From: Takakia lepidozioides
Lineage: Eukaryota > Plantae > Bryophyta
Direction of reading: 5' to 3'
DNA: 64,000 nucleotides
NCBI GenBank assembly: GCA_030704615.1
Contig: CM060731.1
Coordinates: 17,546,001-17,610,000, forward strand
Part shown: piece by piece, positions 12,201 to 22,497 of the stretch
Numbering within the stretch: position 1 is the first letter of the stretch
How the letters are laid out: each line of letters begins with the position of its first letter
The notes under the pieces: model-generated
Database searches by the model: none
Seen by the model: only the letters and a program-made list of their open reading frames with translations
What the model was told of the DNA's origin: nothing
Translations under genes and position numbers: made by a program

Positions 12201-15200
12201 TCGAATGTGAGGAGTGAAGAAGCCTCCTCAATATGTGAATCACAGTGTACTTCCTTTTGAATCTGAATACAAACAATCTCTTAAGCTATTGTGTGTAATG
12301 TCTGTTCTCCTGGGGAAAAATCAGTGTCAGGCAACTCTGACTAAGAAAGGTTCTCCTGCCATGTTCAATGGTGTCTGTCGTGTGCAGGAGGATATGCAAA
12401 GGTAGAGGAAGTAATGCAAGCAGCCTTGAAAGGCATTGACGACACTCACACACATTTTAAGAATGATCCCAAACAGGGCCTAGTACCTCGTCTACCAAGT
12501 GACAAGCTTCGCCCCCATGGCCCTTTCCAACTTTGGGCTGACAAAGTTATTGAGATCCTTGAGGTTTAGATGCTTGTCCAACCCCACTCCTTTTCCTCAA
12601 ACAAAAATATATCAAGTCTCCTTGCTCTCTGACCATGATTCTGTCATTTGTCTTATAAGTACACCTTATTATTACTGAACAACTTATAGAAGCAATAAGC
12701 AGGCTGAGAAAAGACAAACCCCCTAAGTAAGGAGGTGATGGAGTTTCAGGGTTCATGTGGAGATGTGGAGCATGGTTGGAAAAGAATCATAGACTGGAGG
12801 GCCTTCCTTGTGGCTTTGGCTGATGCGCACTTTGACAACTGCATCTCTGCTTCCACCGTCGACAACATTGTGCAAGCACGCGTAGGTGAGCTGCGCTGCG
12901 CCCTCTGAGCGCTTTTCCTCCCTCCAGTAGCAGTGAAATATTCTATTTCTTTCTGTTTATCTCAACCCAATCTTTCCTAACACCCAAGGTATCCTCTTTT
13001 CACATTCCAATCTAGAAGACTGTAGCTTGAGAGTTCTGATGAAGACCAAGACCAGCTTCTGGACAGAGAACCCCCAATTTGATGTGCCATGGTGAAAGAC
13101 ACATAATGGGGCCAGGGTAAGTCATCTGCAGTGCATCACACCTGAGACTTTCTTCGAAGTTTATTCCTCAAACCTGAATGCTGGGCGCACTAATCTCTCA
13201 AAAAAGGCAAAGCCACTATCTACCTCCCGCAGGCACCTCCTGAGGCCCAGGCCTCCAATACTGCGTTCTTGTGGCTTTTGATTGAGCAAGCATTTGATCA
13301 TAGTTCCTCCTTTCCATTTCTACACCACGGCTTTCAATAATTTTGTCTGCCAGGCCGTAGTCGATTGCTTCTTGGGCGCGATAGTACCTGGGCCTCTGAA
13401 TGTCAAGAGCAATTTCCTCTCGCTTCTTCCCTGTACCCTTAGTTAGCAGATCGACGTAGTAGTCGGTGTTAGCATCCAGCTCCTTTGCCTTGATCCACAT
13501 GTCGATGGCAGCTCCACTGGACTGGTTGACCTTGGGAGAATACACCTTGGTTACAGAATTTGGCTGAACTGCGCGGAAACCTTTTTCACCAATTGAGAGA
13601 AGCATAGCTGCCTGCCCGAATGCCATACCACAGTTAACCGTATACACTTTAGACTTTACATATGCAATTGTGTCTGCAATTGCGTAAGCCTCAGTCTCAA
13701 AGCCAATGCTTTCCCTCTTCTCATTCTGAGTACCGGAGGAGTTGATGTAGAAATAAATTGGCTTGCTTGGATTATCATGATCTAACCACAGGAGCTCAGC
13801 AATAATGAGCTCAGTTACTGCGGGCACAATTGGCATACCAAGGTAGCATATGCGCGAATCAAGAAGGAGAGATGGCAAGTCAGGGGGTGAAGTCTTGGGC
13901 CGACCATAGCCGCCCCCTCCTCGGTAAATACTTACGCTCATGCTCAGCCGAGATGGCGCATTCTCAAGGCCAGTAAGATTCCACATCCCAGTCCCCTCTT
14001 TATAGTGGTTCGCTGAAGAAATTGTTGCCTCGGTGACTCGTTCAGCCTGCCGCTTGATCGGGCTATCCTCTGTCATGAACATATCCATCTGAGCAGGATT
14101 CAAGCCATACAAATACTTCGGTACATTCCTGTAGTTCTCAGTTAATGTTAGCGAGAGAAGAGACAACTTGCGTGTCGCCCTCTCTACTCAGATCGTTTGG
14201 GCACCTTTACACCTTTGTGGCTGTACTTTTCCGTCAGGGCCTCTGTCCTTATGAATACATTTCCATTAGAAGCTGGGAGGCAACATAAGCCATAGATAAT
14301 GGCTTTGGCATTTGCCCCAATGGCTTTGGCATTTTCCGACCTTCGATAGCAGGAAAGTGTGTCAGGGCCCCACGGAGGAAACAAACTCGCTGGCTTCTTC
14401 TTTCTTTTCAGCTTGAAAGAGAAGGGAACAATCTTTCAACGGTCACAAAAGCAATCGGCAGAGTATCCCGATGATGTCGAAATCCTTTAGCTTCCAGTTG
14501 AGAGCTCACCGCCGTGACAATGGAAGTGCAGTGAAAGTGATAGTGTGTCCTGGATGAGTGTCTAGTTTGGGCGTTGTTTTAGCTTGCCACATGTTTTCGG
14601 ACTGTATGGACTACTAGCTTGGCTTTAGTGCTGGTAGGGGTTCCGAAGGGGCTCCCATCCAAGAGAGTCCCCCCACAAGGATTGCAAGGGGGGGTTCAAT
14701 TTGCTGTTGTCACGCTGCAGTTAGGCCTTACAGTTATGAAGCTGCTGACTGACTCGATTCTCATGCTTCTTCCCTGAGGTGAAACTACTGGAACCTTCCA
14801 GTTCTCAAAGGACCAATGTGGGACGCCCTTCGGTTCCACATCCTTGTTTCATTTGAGTTATCTGCATAATAGAATTTTCACCACACAATCTGCTGGTCGA
14901 GGTTACAGATTTTAATCTCTCTCTCTCTCTCAGATTTATTCTTGGTCGTGGCCATGAAAGACTCCAGTGATCCGGCTGATGGCTTCATGACCTTGGATGA
15001 CTTTCTCGACACACAGGTTTGGTTTGATCTAGGTAAGATCTTTGTTTTCAATGTGCAACTGGGCCTTCTTACTGCTGCTCAACCCCTCATTATGAAAATG
15101 ACACTTCATAAGTAAATCGAAAAGCAAATGTAAAAAAGTGATGAACTTGAAACACAACCCTACGTACAAATGGGTCTCCTACGTAAGCTTCATAGTTCAT

Positions 15201-15572
15201 CTAATGCTCCTGATCCTGTATGATTTGCCACAAACAAATGTACTCACAAACTTCATTACTCAATTCTCACAGGATCCTCGCAAACTCTCACAGAATACCT
15301 AACTGATAGTCTGACCTTTCTGACTGAGAACCTTACTTGGAAACTGGTCCTGTTAGTGCAGATACGAGTGAGGACAAGGATGAAGTAGAACACAAAGAAC
15401 ACAAGAAAACAGTAGTTGAGTTCGACTTTGGAGCTGCACTGAAAAAGTTTGTCTACCATATGCTTGATAGAGGGGATCCTGGGCTCCCCTGGCAAACCCT
15501 GTTGTTGTACCTATGCCGGGATCCATCTGAACATACTGCACTACAAAAAGTTTTCACAGTGCTTGGCGGCCC

Positions 15573-15603
<31 letters not shown>

Positions 15604-17546
15604 GCTCTCGCCTACCCCACTTTCCAAAACAAAACTTCACTGTAGAATGGAATTATTAAGTTTGTTGTCCTATTCTAGATAAGATAGAACCAAAGCCACT
15701 GACAGCAAACACTCCTGGGCAGTGTTGGTTGACTGTCCCCCCTCCAACATATTTCTTTGTCAAATGTTACACAAGTCTGCCTTGCTTCTGAGTTCTCTTA
15801 ATGGCCATCACCCTTAGTTTTCTAGGGTGGCCCAGGCAATGCAACCTCTACAGAAGGTTTGTACCCACCAGCATCACCTACTTGAATTGTTCTCCAATAG
15901 CAAAGAGTGTAATTCTTGAGAGTTTTGTTGATAGTACCTTCTAGAAAAGACGAGACATGGCCACAACGGCAACAGTCTCCATGCACCATTGAGCTCTCTC
16001 AAGAATATGGCCTTGCCAGTACGACATGGGCTCTATCCTTGTAGTTTTTAAAGAGTTAATTGTTTCTATGTCATTTTTACCCTAAGCAAGGTTGCTATGT
16101 AGAACCAATCAACAATAATCTGAGAGAACGTGCTCCACGCCGTGATTTTCACCGGTCACAAACAAGGTCAAGGGTACCTATGTCCGCAGTCAGGTGCCCC
16201 CCTGATACTGCTCCTTGAAACACTTGTGCAGGTCACCAGAGGAAATTGAGTTGACGGCTGAGGAGTTGCTGTCGGCAGCGTACCCCGATGGTGTGGATGG
16301 AGCAAGGGAGGCAGGCTGCAAGCCTTGGACTACTTATGATATGGAGGTTGGTATCCACTTCCAGGACTGCCAAGATACTCGTCTAAGATTCTTTGAAGTT
16401 GTTGAAGGACACAGGGGCTATCCGATGGAGCCTCTCTCTTTCTCCGCTCTCTTTTCTTTCAATGGGCAACACGCCGGATCAAAAGTAGAGGACAGATTGT
16501 CTCTGTTTTTTTCCGAGGATTAGACAACAGCGCCCCAATCTCTTCCCGGACAAAGGTCTATGCATCCATTTCCACAGTTAAGAAGCTGAGTGATTTAAAG
16601 AACGATTGAGTTCATATCCCACTTACACTGAGAGGATTGCATAAGCTTGCTCCAGGAAGAGGTCCCCCCAAGCTGAAGCGAGTTTTTACTACAAGGTAGG
16701 TAGAGCTAAGAATGTGAGACGTGATGTGCTGCAGGCAATATTGGAGGCTGTGGGTATAGAAAAGATACGACACAGCGAGACTACTTTGGCTGATTCGGAA
16801 CAAAGCAGCACGGATAGCACAGATGACGCTGATGAAATGCCCCAAGAGCGGGTAAGGAAACAAAATTAGATGTACATATGTGTTGGTTAGATAGCATCAA
16901 AGGACGTACTACCCTGCGTTCTAAATCCAACACGAGGCTTTTCCATGCTTAAACCCTTAAAGACACGTAGGAGAGACTCTAAAGCGCAACTTCTTCTCTC
17001 CGCAAAGTGCACACCATCGCCAGTAAAAAAAACCTCTTACCGAGTAGAATTGGATTCAGCAATCAGTTGCAAGTTCCAACAGCTTTGAATGTATGCACGT
17101 GTTGTCTGCAACTGTGTGAGCAGCCCACAGGGAAATTTTCATGCATGAGCCGTGGGGGCGCCAGTGACAAGAGCTCCGAGCTGAGCAAAGAGGCAGCAGC
17201 TGCAGTGGAGGAGTTTCTTCGCGCTTGTGAAGGCAGCTCTCAGATAAGCAATCTGTCGGAACAGGCTGCTCTCACAGTGTCAGAGTTTCTGGAGTCATGC
17301 CAAGGCGACCCCATCCCCATTCCCAAGGGCCTCACTCTGGCCGATGTGCTCAGCTCGTCCGCAACCGCCCCGCTCCGCTCCGCCATCTCTTCCTTCTACG
17401 GACGCCAAACCCTCCGAGTGACGATCGTCGAGAACACACCTCCGTTCCGCGCTCCATCCATCAAAAGCAGAACTCCGTCCCGCGCTCCGTCCGTCAAAAG
17501 CACAACTCCGTCCCGCGCTCCGTCCATCAAAATGGGCAAAAAGTGA
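227..17546 (+). CDS. SPEF2: Sperm flagellar protein 2 / central-pair CPC1-like, multi-exon, 5' end outside window
   Basis: Adenylate-kinase-like GFICDGFPSTAGQAAAFEKFLTG (~250-320) and lid-like AMGKVMDPKTGTVYHLELDPPP (~1005-1070). Phase-consistent exons follow: ..4960 (WEEIEAKY..RHER), 5596-5664, 6518-6637, 7048-7143 (HFTSLVQAE), ~7870, ~8640-8935, ~11410-11538, ..12885 (DWRAFLVAL), 14934-15032 (FLDTQVWF), 15362-~15575 (WQTLLLYLC), ~16232, ~16734-16851 and a last exon ending 17546. The order matches my recollection of animal SPEF2. Several exon borders are approximate. Confidence 0.8.
3500..3880 (+). mobile_element. Decayed LINE 3' end in SPEF2 intron
   Basis: Reads LGKFRVGSR..[insert]..GKIETEEHFFFHCPLY, a LINE C-terminal Cys/His motif. 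Related copies at ~10145-10330 and ~10540-10750. Confidence 0.65.
3901..4160. repeat. Dispersed intronic repeat with ~55-bp tandem subunits
   Basis: TAGTTGCTTTTGGGCTGCTTGTGGAGGGCCC head followed by units like TTGTCCCATAAGCTCTTTGAGCTTTCCGTGGACGTTATAAGTACCATTTCATTT. Further copies at ~6243-6362 and ~10385-10500. Confidence 0.8.
5251..5370 (-). repeat. 3' terminal fragment of the LINE family seen at 9120-10145
   Basis: Near-identical to 9120-9238 (CTCATAAGA..GCCGTAGCCTTGTGGCCATTGACCCCGCGCCC..GTCAGGGGCTGACG). Confidence 0.75.
9120..10145 (-). mobile_element. 5'-truncated non-LTR retrotransposon RT fragment in SPEF2 intron
   Basis: Minus strand reads QGVAQGCALSPLLFNVFI..LMFADD (~9960-10110), then YTYLGVEF..IRPALEYAS..AVRGEFG (ORF 9443-9874). 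Confidence 0.85.
10540..10750 (+). mobile_element. Decayed LINE 3' end
   Basis: KVRVGSHRLQVETGRW..GEIESEEHFFLHCPLY in ORF 10350-10700. Confidence 0.7.
13216..14166 (-). CDS. CLPR1: Plastid Clp protease non-catalytic subunit ClpR1-like; intronless, N-terminally truncated, nested antisense in a SPEF2 intron
   Basis: YLYGLNPAQMDMFMTEDS, PPDLPSLLLDSRICYLGMPIVPAVTEL and SSGAAIDMWIKAKELDANTDYY are ClpR1-type motifs. The 14166 start is TTG, the first ATG is at 14088, and an in-frame TGA lies just upstream, so no transit peptide is encoded contiguously. Confidence 0.88.
   Translation of the reverse strand: MSLLSLTLTENYRNVPKYLYGLNPAQMDMFMTEDSPIKRQAERVTEATISSANHYKEGTGMWNLTGLENAPSRLSMSVSIYRGGGGYGRPKTSPPDLPSLLLDSRICYLGMPIVPAVTELIIAELLWLDHDNPSKPIYFYINSSGTQNEKRESIGFETEAYAIADTIAYVKSKVYTVNCGMAFGQAAMLLSIGEKGFRAVQPNSVTKVYSPKVNQSSGAAIDMWIKAKELDANTDYYVDLLTKGTGKKREEIALDIQRPRYYRAQEAIDYGLADKIIESRGVEMERRNYDQMLAQSKATRTQYWRPGPQEVPAGGR
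15578..15603. repeat. (CT)n microsatellite
   Basis: Direct observation. Confidence 0.9.
17447..17540 (+). repeat. Three 33-bp coding tandem repeats (RAPS[IV]KSxTPS) at the SPEF2 C-terminus
   Basis: CCGCGCTCC(A/G)TCC(A/G)TCAAAA repeated three times. Confidence 0.8.
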
Positions 17547-18579
17547 ACATGGACGTGGACTTAGGAAATAGGACATATCATGGGCATGAACATCATGTGA
17601 CACATGGACTGAGATACATGAGCATGACTACAATATACACACACACAGATACATATTATCTCAATACTTTTTTCTTTTCTTTTTTTTCTTTTTTTTTTAT
17701 AGCGGAAAGGGGACAGGGGCCCTTTTAATCAAATTAATTTAATAACAGTTCACAAACAGGTGGAAAAAATAACCACCAGGAGGCCATGAGGCTAACTCGG
17801 GGGATCCTCTCCCTGACCATAGCGTACGAGCTATCTAAAGAGAAGGAACAAAAGAACAGGCAACGCACGAGAGGAGGATGATCTGACACAAAGCAGCTCT
17901 TATCCAAAGCTTGTACACCAAAATCACATATACACTAACACCCGAGTACACCGCCCTGACCTTGTGTCAGGGCGCCGTCTTTATACAAAAACCCTAGCTT
18001 TAGTGGGCCGCCGCGTGACGAGGCGTCACAAGCCAAAGTCACAAGCCAAAGCCCACACGGCACCGCCTTGTAGCCCTAGATCTGATGAAGGGCCAGGATC
18101 GAGCCACCAGCCAAAACTAACCCTAACCTAGATATCATTGTAACGGTTTAATGGCTTTATATGCCAAAAAAATATACTGCGGATGTGTATCGCCGTTTTG
18201 GATGAATCGGGCCATTTCTAGGCTAAGCAAATATGGGGCTTTACAGGGAGCTGTTCCAGACTGCCTTTAACCATCGGGACTTCCACCTTACCCGGGTTGG
18301 TTAGGGGTCACGACAGGGACCGTTATGCCCTGGTAAGCAGCTCAAGCTCTGGGAGTTAGGCGCGCATCAAACCAAGTAACTATGACTTGGCGGGAGTTTA
18401 CCTAAATGAGGTGCGCGACACCAATAGTAGCATTATTGGTCTTAGGCTCCCTCCCTTCCATCCCACAGATTGTGATAGAAAAGTCTCTCTTTATGCAAAT
18501 GACATTACACTGCTGCTTGATAACTCTTTTAATGATAATCTTCAATCCCCCTGTTAACTTTTTTTTTTTTTTCTTCCAG

Positions 18580-19260
18580 GCTCTCTTCCTATTCAGCTCG
18601 ACAACAGGTCTATCGGTTAACTAGGCCAAATCAGTTGGCATTCTATCCTTGCTGCCGAGGACTTCTGCCACTGCTCACAGCAAACTATTTGGGTCTCAAG
18701 TGGCTAGCTCCGGTTAATTCTCATGCCTTGCTTGGTCATAGAGTTGGTCTTATGTTTTATCCTGGCCATTGCTTCTAGCTGCTGCTAGCGAAGCTTAAGA
18801 AACAGCCATCTTATAATTGGAGCTCTGTTATGCTCTCTTTGGCAGGAAAAGCTTTGGTCCTCAGATTCTCTTGGGCTTTGTCTGGTTCTTTGTTGTTGTC
18901 TAGGCTCCCTCCTCCTCTATTATAAAGGATGCCAAAGCTTTGATGATGAATTTTCCATGGGGAGGTATCCCAGCCTCCCCTCAGATGAGGGCTCTGGTCT
19001 CTTGGGCTCAGTTAAGTCAGAAGAAAATGCTTGGTGGCCTAGGTATCTTAGACCATGTGGCTCAGATTAAAGCCTTGTTAGCTAAGTGTGTTCCTCATTC
19101 TTTTTGCCATCTTCAGGCCCCATGGAGCTGTATTGTCAAACCTCATTTGCTGGGTGCTACTCCCTCTGCTTCTCTACTTTGGTCGTCATCTCTGAAATGG
19201 ATTGTGTAGAGCCCTTAAGTTATACGTTCTATGGGTTCTCCAGCTTGGAATTCAATTCGG
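18580..19260 (+). mobile_element. Decayed L1-type LINE fragment (post-RT region)
   Basis: GLSVN*AKS, WSSVMLSLAGKALV and FPWGG..LVSWAQLSQKKMLGGLGILD, broken by stops and frameshifts. Confidence 0.75.
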
Positions 19261-20050
19261 CAAGCTTGTGGCATGCACCAAGAAATGCCCCCCACACTGA
19301 AGCACCTTGTTTGATTGGCATTGTGCTAATGAAGTCCTTTGCCTCATCCAGTCGCTTTGCACGGCCAAAAAGATCTACCATGCACCCAAAATGCTCCCCT
19401 GTAGGAGTGACTCCAAATTGTTGACTCATGGAATTGAAGTATTCACGGCCTTCATCCACTAGACCCACATGGCTACATGCAGAGAGAAGAGATGTGAAGG
19501 TCTTACTGTCCGGCTGCCAGCCTTCCTGCTGCATTTGTTTGAATAATTGCAGAGCCTCCCTACCAGACCCATGCTGCGCATATCCTGCAATCATAGCATT
19601 CCACGAGACCACATCCTGTTGAGCCATACACTTGAACACATGACGTGCATCCAAATTTGGCATACATATCAATAAGAGTATTCTCCAAAATTATATCTTG
19701 CGCAATTTGACTTTTGCTGATGTCAGCATGAACCATTTTGCCCTTTACCAGGGCTCCTAGGCTAGCACGCGCATGGAGAATGCAAGTAAACGTGACTCTG
19801 TCGGGTGTCACCTCTTCCCACTGCATTTCCTCGTACATCTCAAAAGCCTCCTTGCCCCACCACATATCCTCCAATCATTGCATTCCATGACACTTCCACA
19901 CTCGGCATACATATCAACAAGGGTATTCTCCAGAATCATATCTGGCAAAACTCCGCTTTTCCTGATGTCAAAATGGACTCCTTTACCCTTTTCCAGGGCT
20001 CCTAGGTTTGCATGTTGAGAGCACAGGGCCAACAAAGCACTCAGACACAC
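19229..20050 (-). pseudogene. PLS-class pentatricopeptide repeat gene fragment, truncated at the start of the E domain
   Basis: DVVSWNAMIAGYAQHGSGREALQLF..TFTSLLSACSHVGLVDEG..HFGCMVDLFGRA..VWGAFLGAC, with upstream GKxVH..NTLIDMYA repeats in other frames. Confidence 0.85.
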
Positions 20051-20394
20051 AGACAAAACAGGGCTGCCAGCCATAGTGCAAAAAGTCATATCGATCGTCA
20101 GTTTATTGTTAAATCCCAATGTTCATTTGAATATTTTGAAACACAGATTTCCATAATCTATGAGGCAATCAATGATACACCTGGCAGTAACCCGAAAGCT
20201 GCTCAGGTCTAGCCACAGTTTGAGATCATCCAGGCCTCTGGAAGGAAGCACATGGAGCTGTTGAATGGTTGTTGGGTGTTACACCTACCACAAACATAAG
20301 AAAGATGGCAACAGAGGAGTACAGTGGTGGGATGTTTCCTCGAGAAGGTTACTTACATATGTCTGCTGCGATGAGACAAAAAAAGTGACGAGTC

Positions 20395-22497
20395 TTAGGA
20401 ACCCCTTGTGGCATAGAGGAGAATGCCAGCAATTTGCAATCGAGATTGTGAAGTAGAGTCTCTCACAGACAAGCATCGAAACCTAAAACTGGTGCAGGTG
20501 CAAAGTTTATCTGCAGCAATTTCATAAGTCTTTTTCATAAACCTGTCTTCAAATATTTGGCCCTGTTGTGTATCTAGACACATCCAAGTCTGTCCCCCAT
20601 CATCGCTTCCCTCCAGCACCCAATTTAATGGATCCCGCTCAGGGCAATCATTAGCAGAAGTTACCTCATAGCCAGCAAGTTGCTCGACCATGGTGTCTTT
20701 TGCTAATCTGTACTCTATCCATCCACCACTTGCCCCATTTGGCTCTTCCCATTTGGTAGAGTGAAGACCATCAAAGGCTGCAGAAGCAATTCCGAATGGT
20801 AATTGCTCCCCACTTGCACAGGCAACGCCATTGCCCAATCGTCTACCGTGAATAAGCCATTTGACTTGCACACTAGAACCTCTACTCTTTTCAAACTCCT
20901 TGGTAAGATCTTCCAATTTTTCAAGCACCACTGGGATACCCAGAGCTGTAGTGATAGGGTCTCCATCTAACCCTATGCAAACCTGACCATTTTCCTGCAC
21001 AGCCAACCGCAGACCAAGCGCCTCAAACAGAGGTTGCCCTAGCTTGTCTTGAAGCCAAGCGTCTTTTCCCAATATCACTTGCCGCCTCTTAAAAGGTTGG
21101 GATTTCAGCTGCTCTAATACGCCCTGCCACTGCTTCAATCTCTGCCCAGCCTCTGCAACCTGTAGCAGACATCCCAGTGCCAACCCAATCTGGGTAACAT
21201 GCTCATCTACGCAAGGGCGACTGGGACAACCCTGCAGTTCCGTGGATGTTATATTATGGCTACTTCCGGTCTCCCCCCGAAGTAGGCGCCACTCTTGACT
21301 ACCACTTTGGCGACCTGGCAAGAGGGCCTGGTTGAATTGAGTCTCAGATGCTGCTGTAATCTCTTCCACCTCCTGTCTATCGCGCTGCATGAGAACCTCG
21401 ATTTCTTCAGTTGACTTGAAGGCTCTGGCACGGCCAGTCAACCCTGTGACCACCTCTTGCACTACTGCTTCAGATGCTGCATTGCGCCGCAACAATACCT
21501 GTTGCCATTTCCTTGTGTACCGCTTGGTGACATCGTACACACCGTCGCTAGCAAGAGCAATAACATAACTCAGCTGCTTGTTCCACCCCTCTTCATACAG
21601 CAAAGGCTTATCATACGCGCCCTCACAAGGATCCAGGTGTACCCAGCGACGATGTTGATCCGAGAAGCACTCTGTCCAGACATGGTCTGTAAAATCCAGC
21701 ACTAGTCGTGCTTGATAGCCAAGGGCTCTGCAGTATAATGTAAAGCAATTGGCCCACTCTCCACAGCGCCCGCTTCTTGTTTCCAAAAGCTTAAGAGGAT
21801 CATTGTACCGTGGAAAACGGACAGTTCTCCCACAAGCCCGACATCTAGACTGTTCAACACGGTTGGCACCGAAACGAAGCTCCTCCAAAGTTGGAGACCC
21901 CATGTCAAACCTGTCTGTCTTAGCTCCACAGCCATCGCAAGCAGGGTCATTCACCCATTTGAAAGAACTCTTAAACCAGAAAAGCAGCTGCAATAACAAG
22001 GCATACTTCTGCTCCGCGATTCCGGCATTTCTCTTACCTTCCTTGGCCAAGGCAACCACTGCCTTTTCTTCAAGTTCGTCTAGAGGGACAGATGATCGTG
22101 CTGCATTTTGGCGTGTTGGATCCTCATACAGCATCACTTGTCGTCTGTACGACTCCAGCTTTTTCTCGAAAGCCTGCCGCCCTTGTTCTCTCTGCTGTTG
22201 CATGGATGATGCATCCTCCTCTGCTTGCAAAGCACGTGCCAGCTGCTCGTCCGCTGCGATGTCTGCTGTTGACTGTGGCGCAGAGATCCTTGTGTCCTCC
22301 TTCTTTTCAACCAGTGTAAGGGTGTGTAGCCCAGCGGATGATGCGAGTTGTGATATGCCCATAATCTTCTGATTCTCAGGCAGAACATCCGTGAGTGAAT
22401 ACAGCTGATACTTAAGCACCTCCTCTCCATCATCAGTATCATAATCCACTGTGTGGAATGTTCCTTTGTACTCGATCGCTACCTCGCGAAGCACCAT
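20395..22497 (-). CDS. PNG1: Peptide:N-glycanase (PNGase), single exon, about 700 aa
   Basis: ATG at 22497 (MVLREVAIEY). Zn-binding CxxC pairs (CDGC, CRAC), RFPRYNDP, and an intact catalytic triad in GRCGEWANC / DHVWTE / HLDPCE. Plant-type C-terminal domain (ANDCPERDP). Uninterrupted ORF. Confidence 0.95.
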   Translation of the reverse strand: MVLREVAIEYKGTFHTVDYDTDDGEEVLKYQLYSLTDVLPENQKIMGISQLASSAGLHTLTLVEKKEDTRISAPQSTADIAADEQLARALQAEEDASSMQQQREQGRQAFEKKLESYRRQVMLYEDPTRQNAARSSVPLDELEEKAVVALAKEGKRNAGIAEQKYALLLQLLFWFKSSFKWVNDPACDGCGAKTDRFDMGSPTLEELRFGANRVEQSRCRACGRTVRFPRYNDPLKLLETRSGRCGEWANCFTLYCRALGYQARLVLDFTDHVWTECFSDQHRRWVHLDPCEGAYDKPLLYEEGWNKQLSYVIALASDGVYDVTKRYTRKWQQVLLRRNAASEAVVQEVVTGLTGRARAFKSTEEIEVLMQRDRQEVEEITAASETQFNQALLPGRQSGSQEWRLLRGETGSSHNITSTELQGCPSRPCVDEHVTQIGLALGCLLQVAEAGQRLKQWQGVLEQLKSQPFKRRQVILGKDAWLQDKLGQPLFEALGLRLAVQENGQVCIGLDGDPITTALGIPVVLEKLEDLTKEFEKSRGSSVQVKWLIHGRRLGNGVACASGEQLPFGIASAAFDGLHSTKWEEPNGASGGWIEYRLAKDTMVEQLAGYEVTSANDCPERDPLNWVLEGSDDGGQTWMCLDTQQGQIFEDRFMKKTYEIAADKLCTCTSFRFRCLSVRDSTSQSRLQIAGILLYATRGS

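Noticed and set aside
13026-13116. Possible extra SPEF2 exon (TAG..LESSDEDQD..GGTAAG)
   Set aside because: Contains in-frame stops, and exons ending 12885 and starting 14934 already join in phase without it.
21749-22372. 207-aa plus-strand ORF
   Set aside because: Antisense shadow of PNG1.
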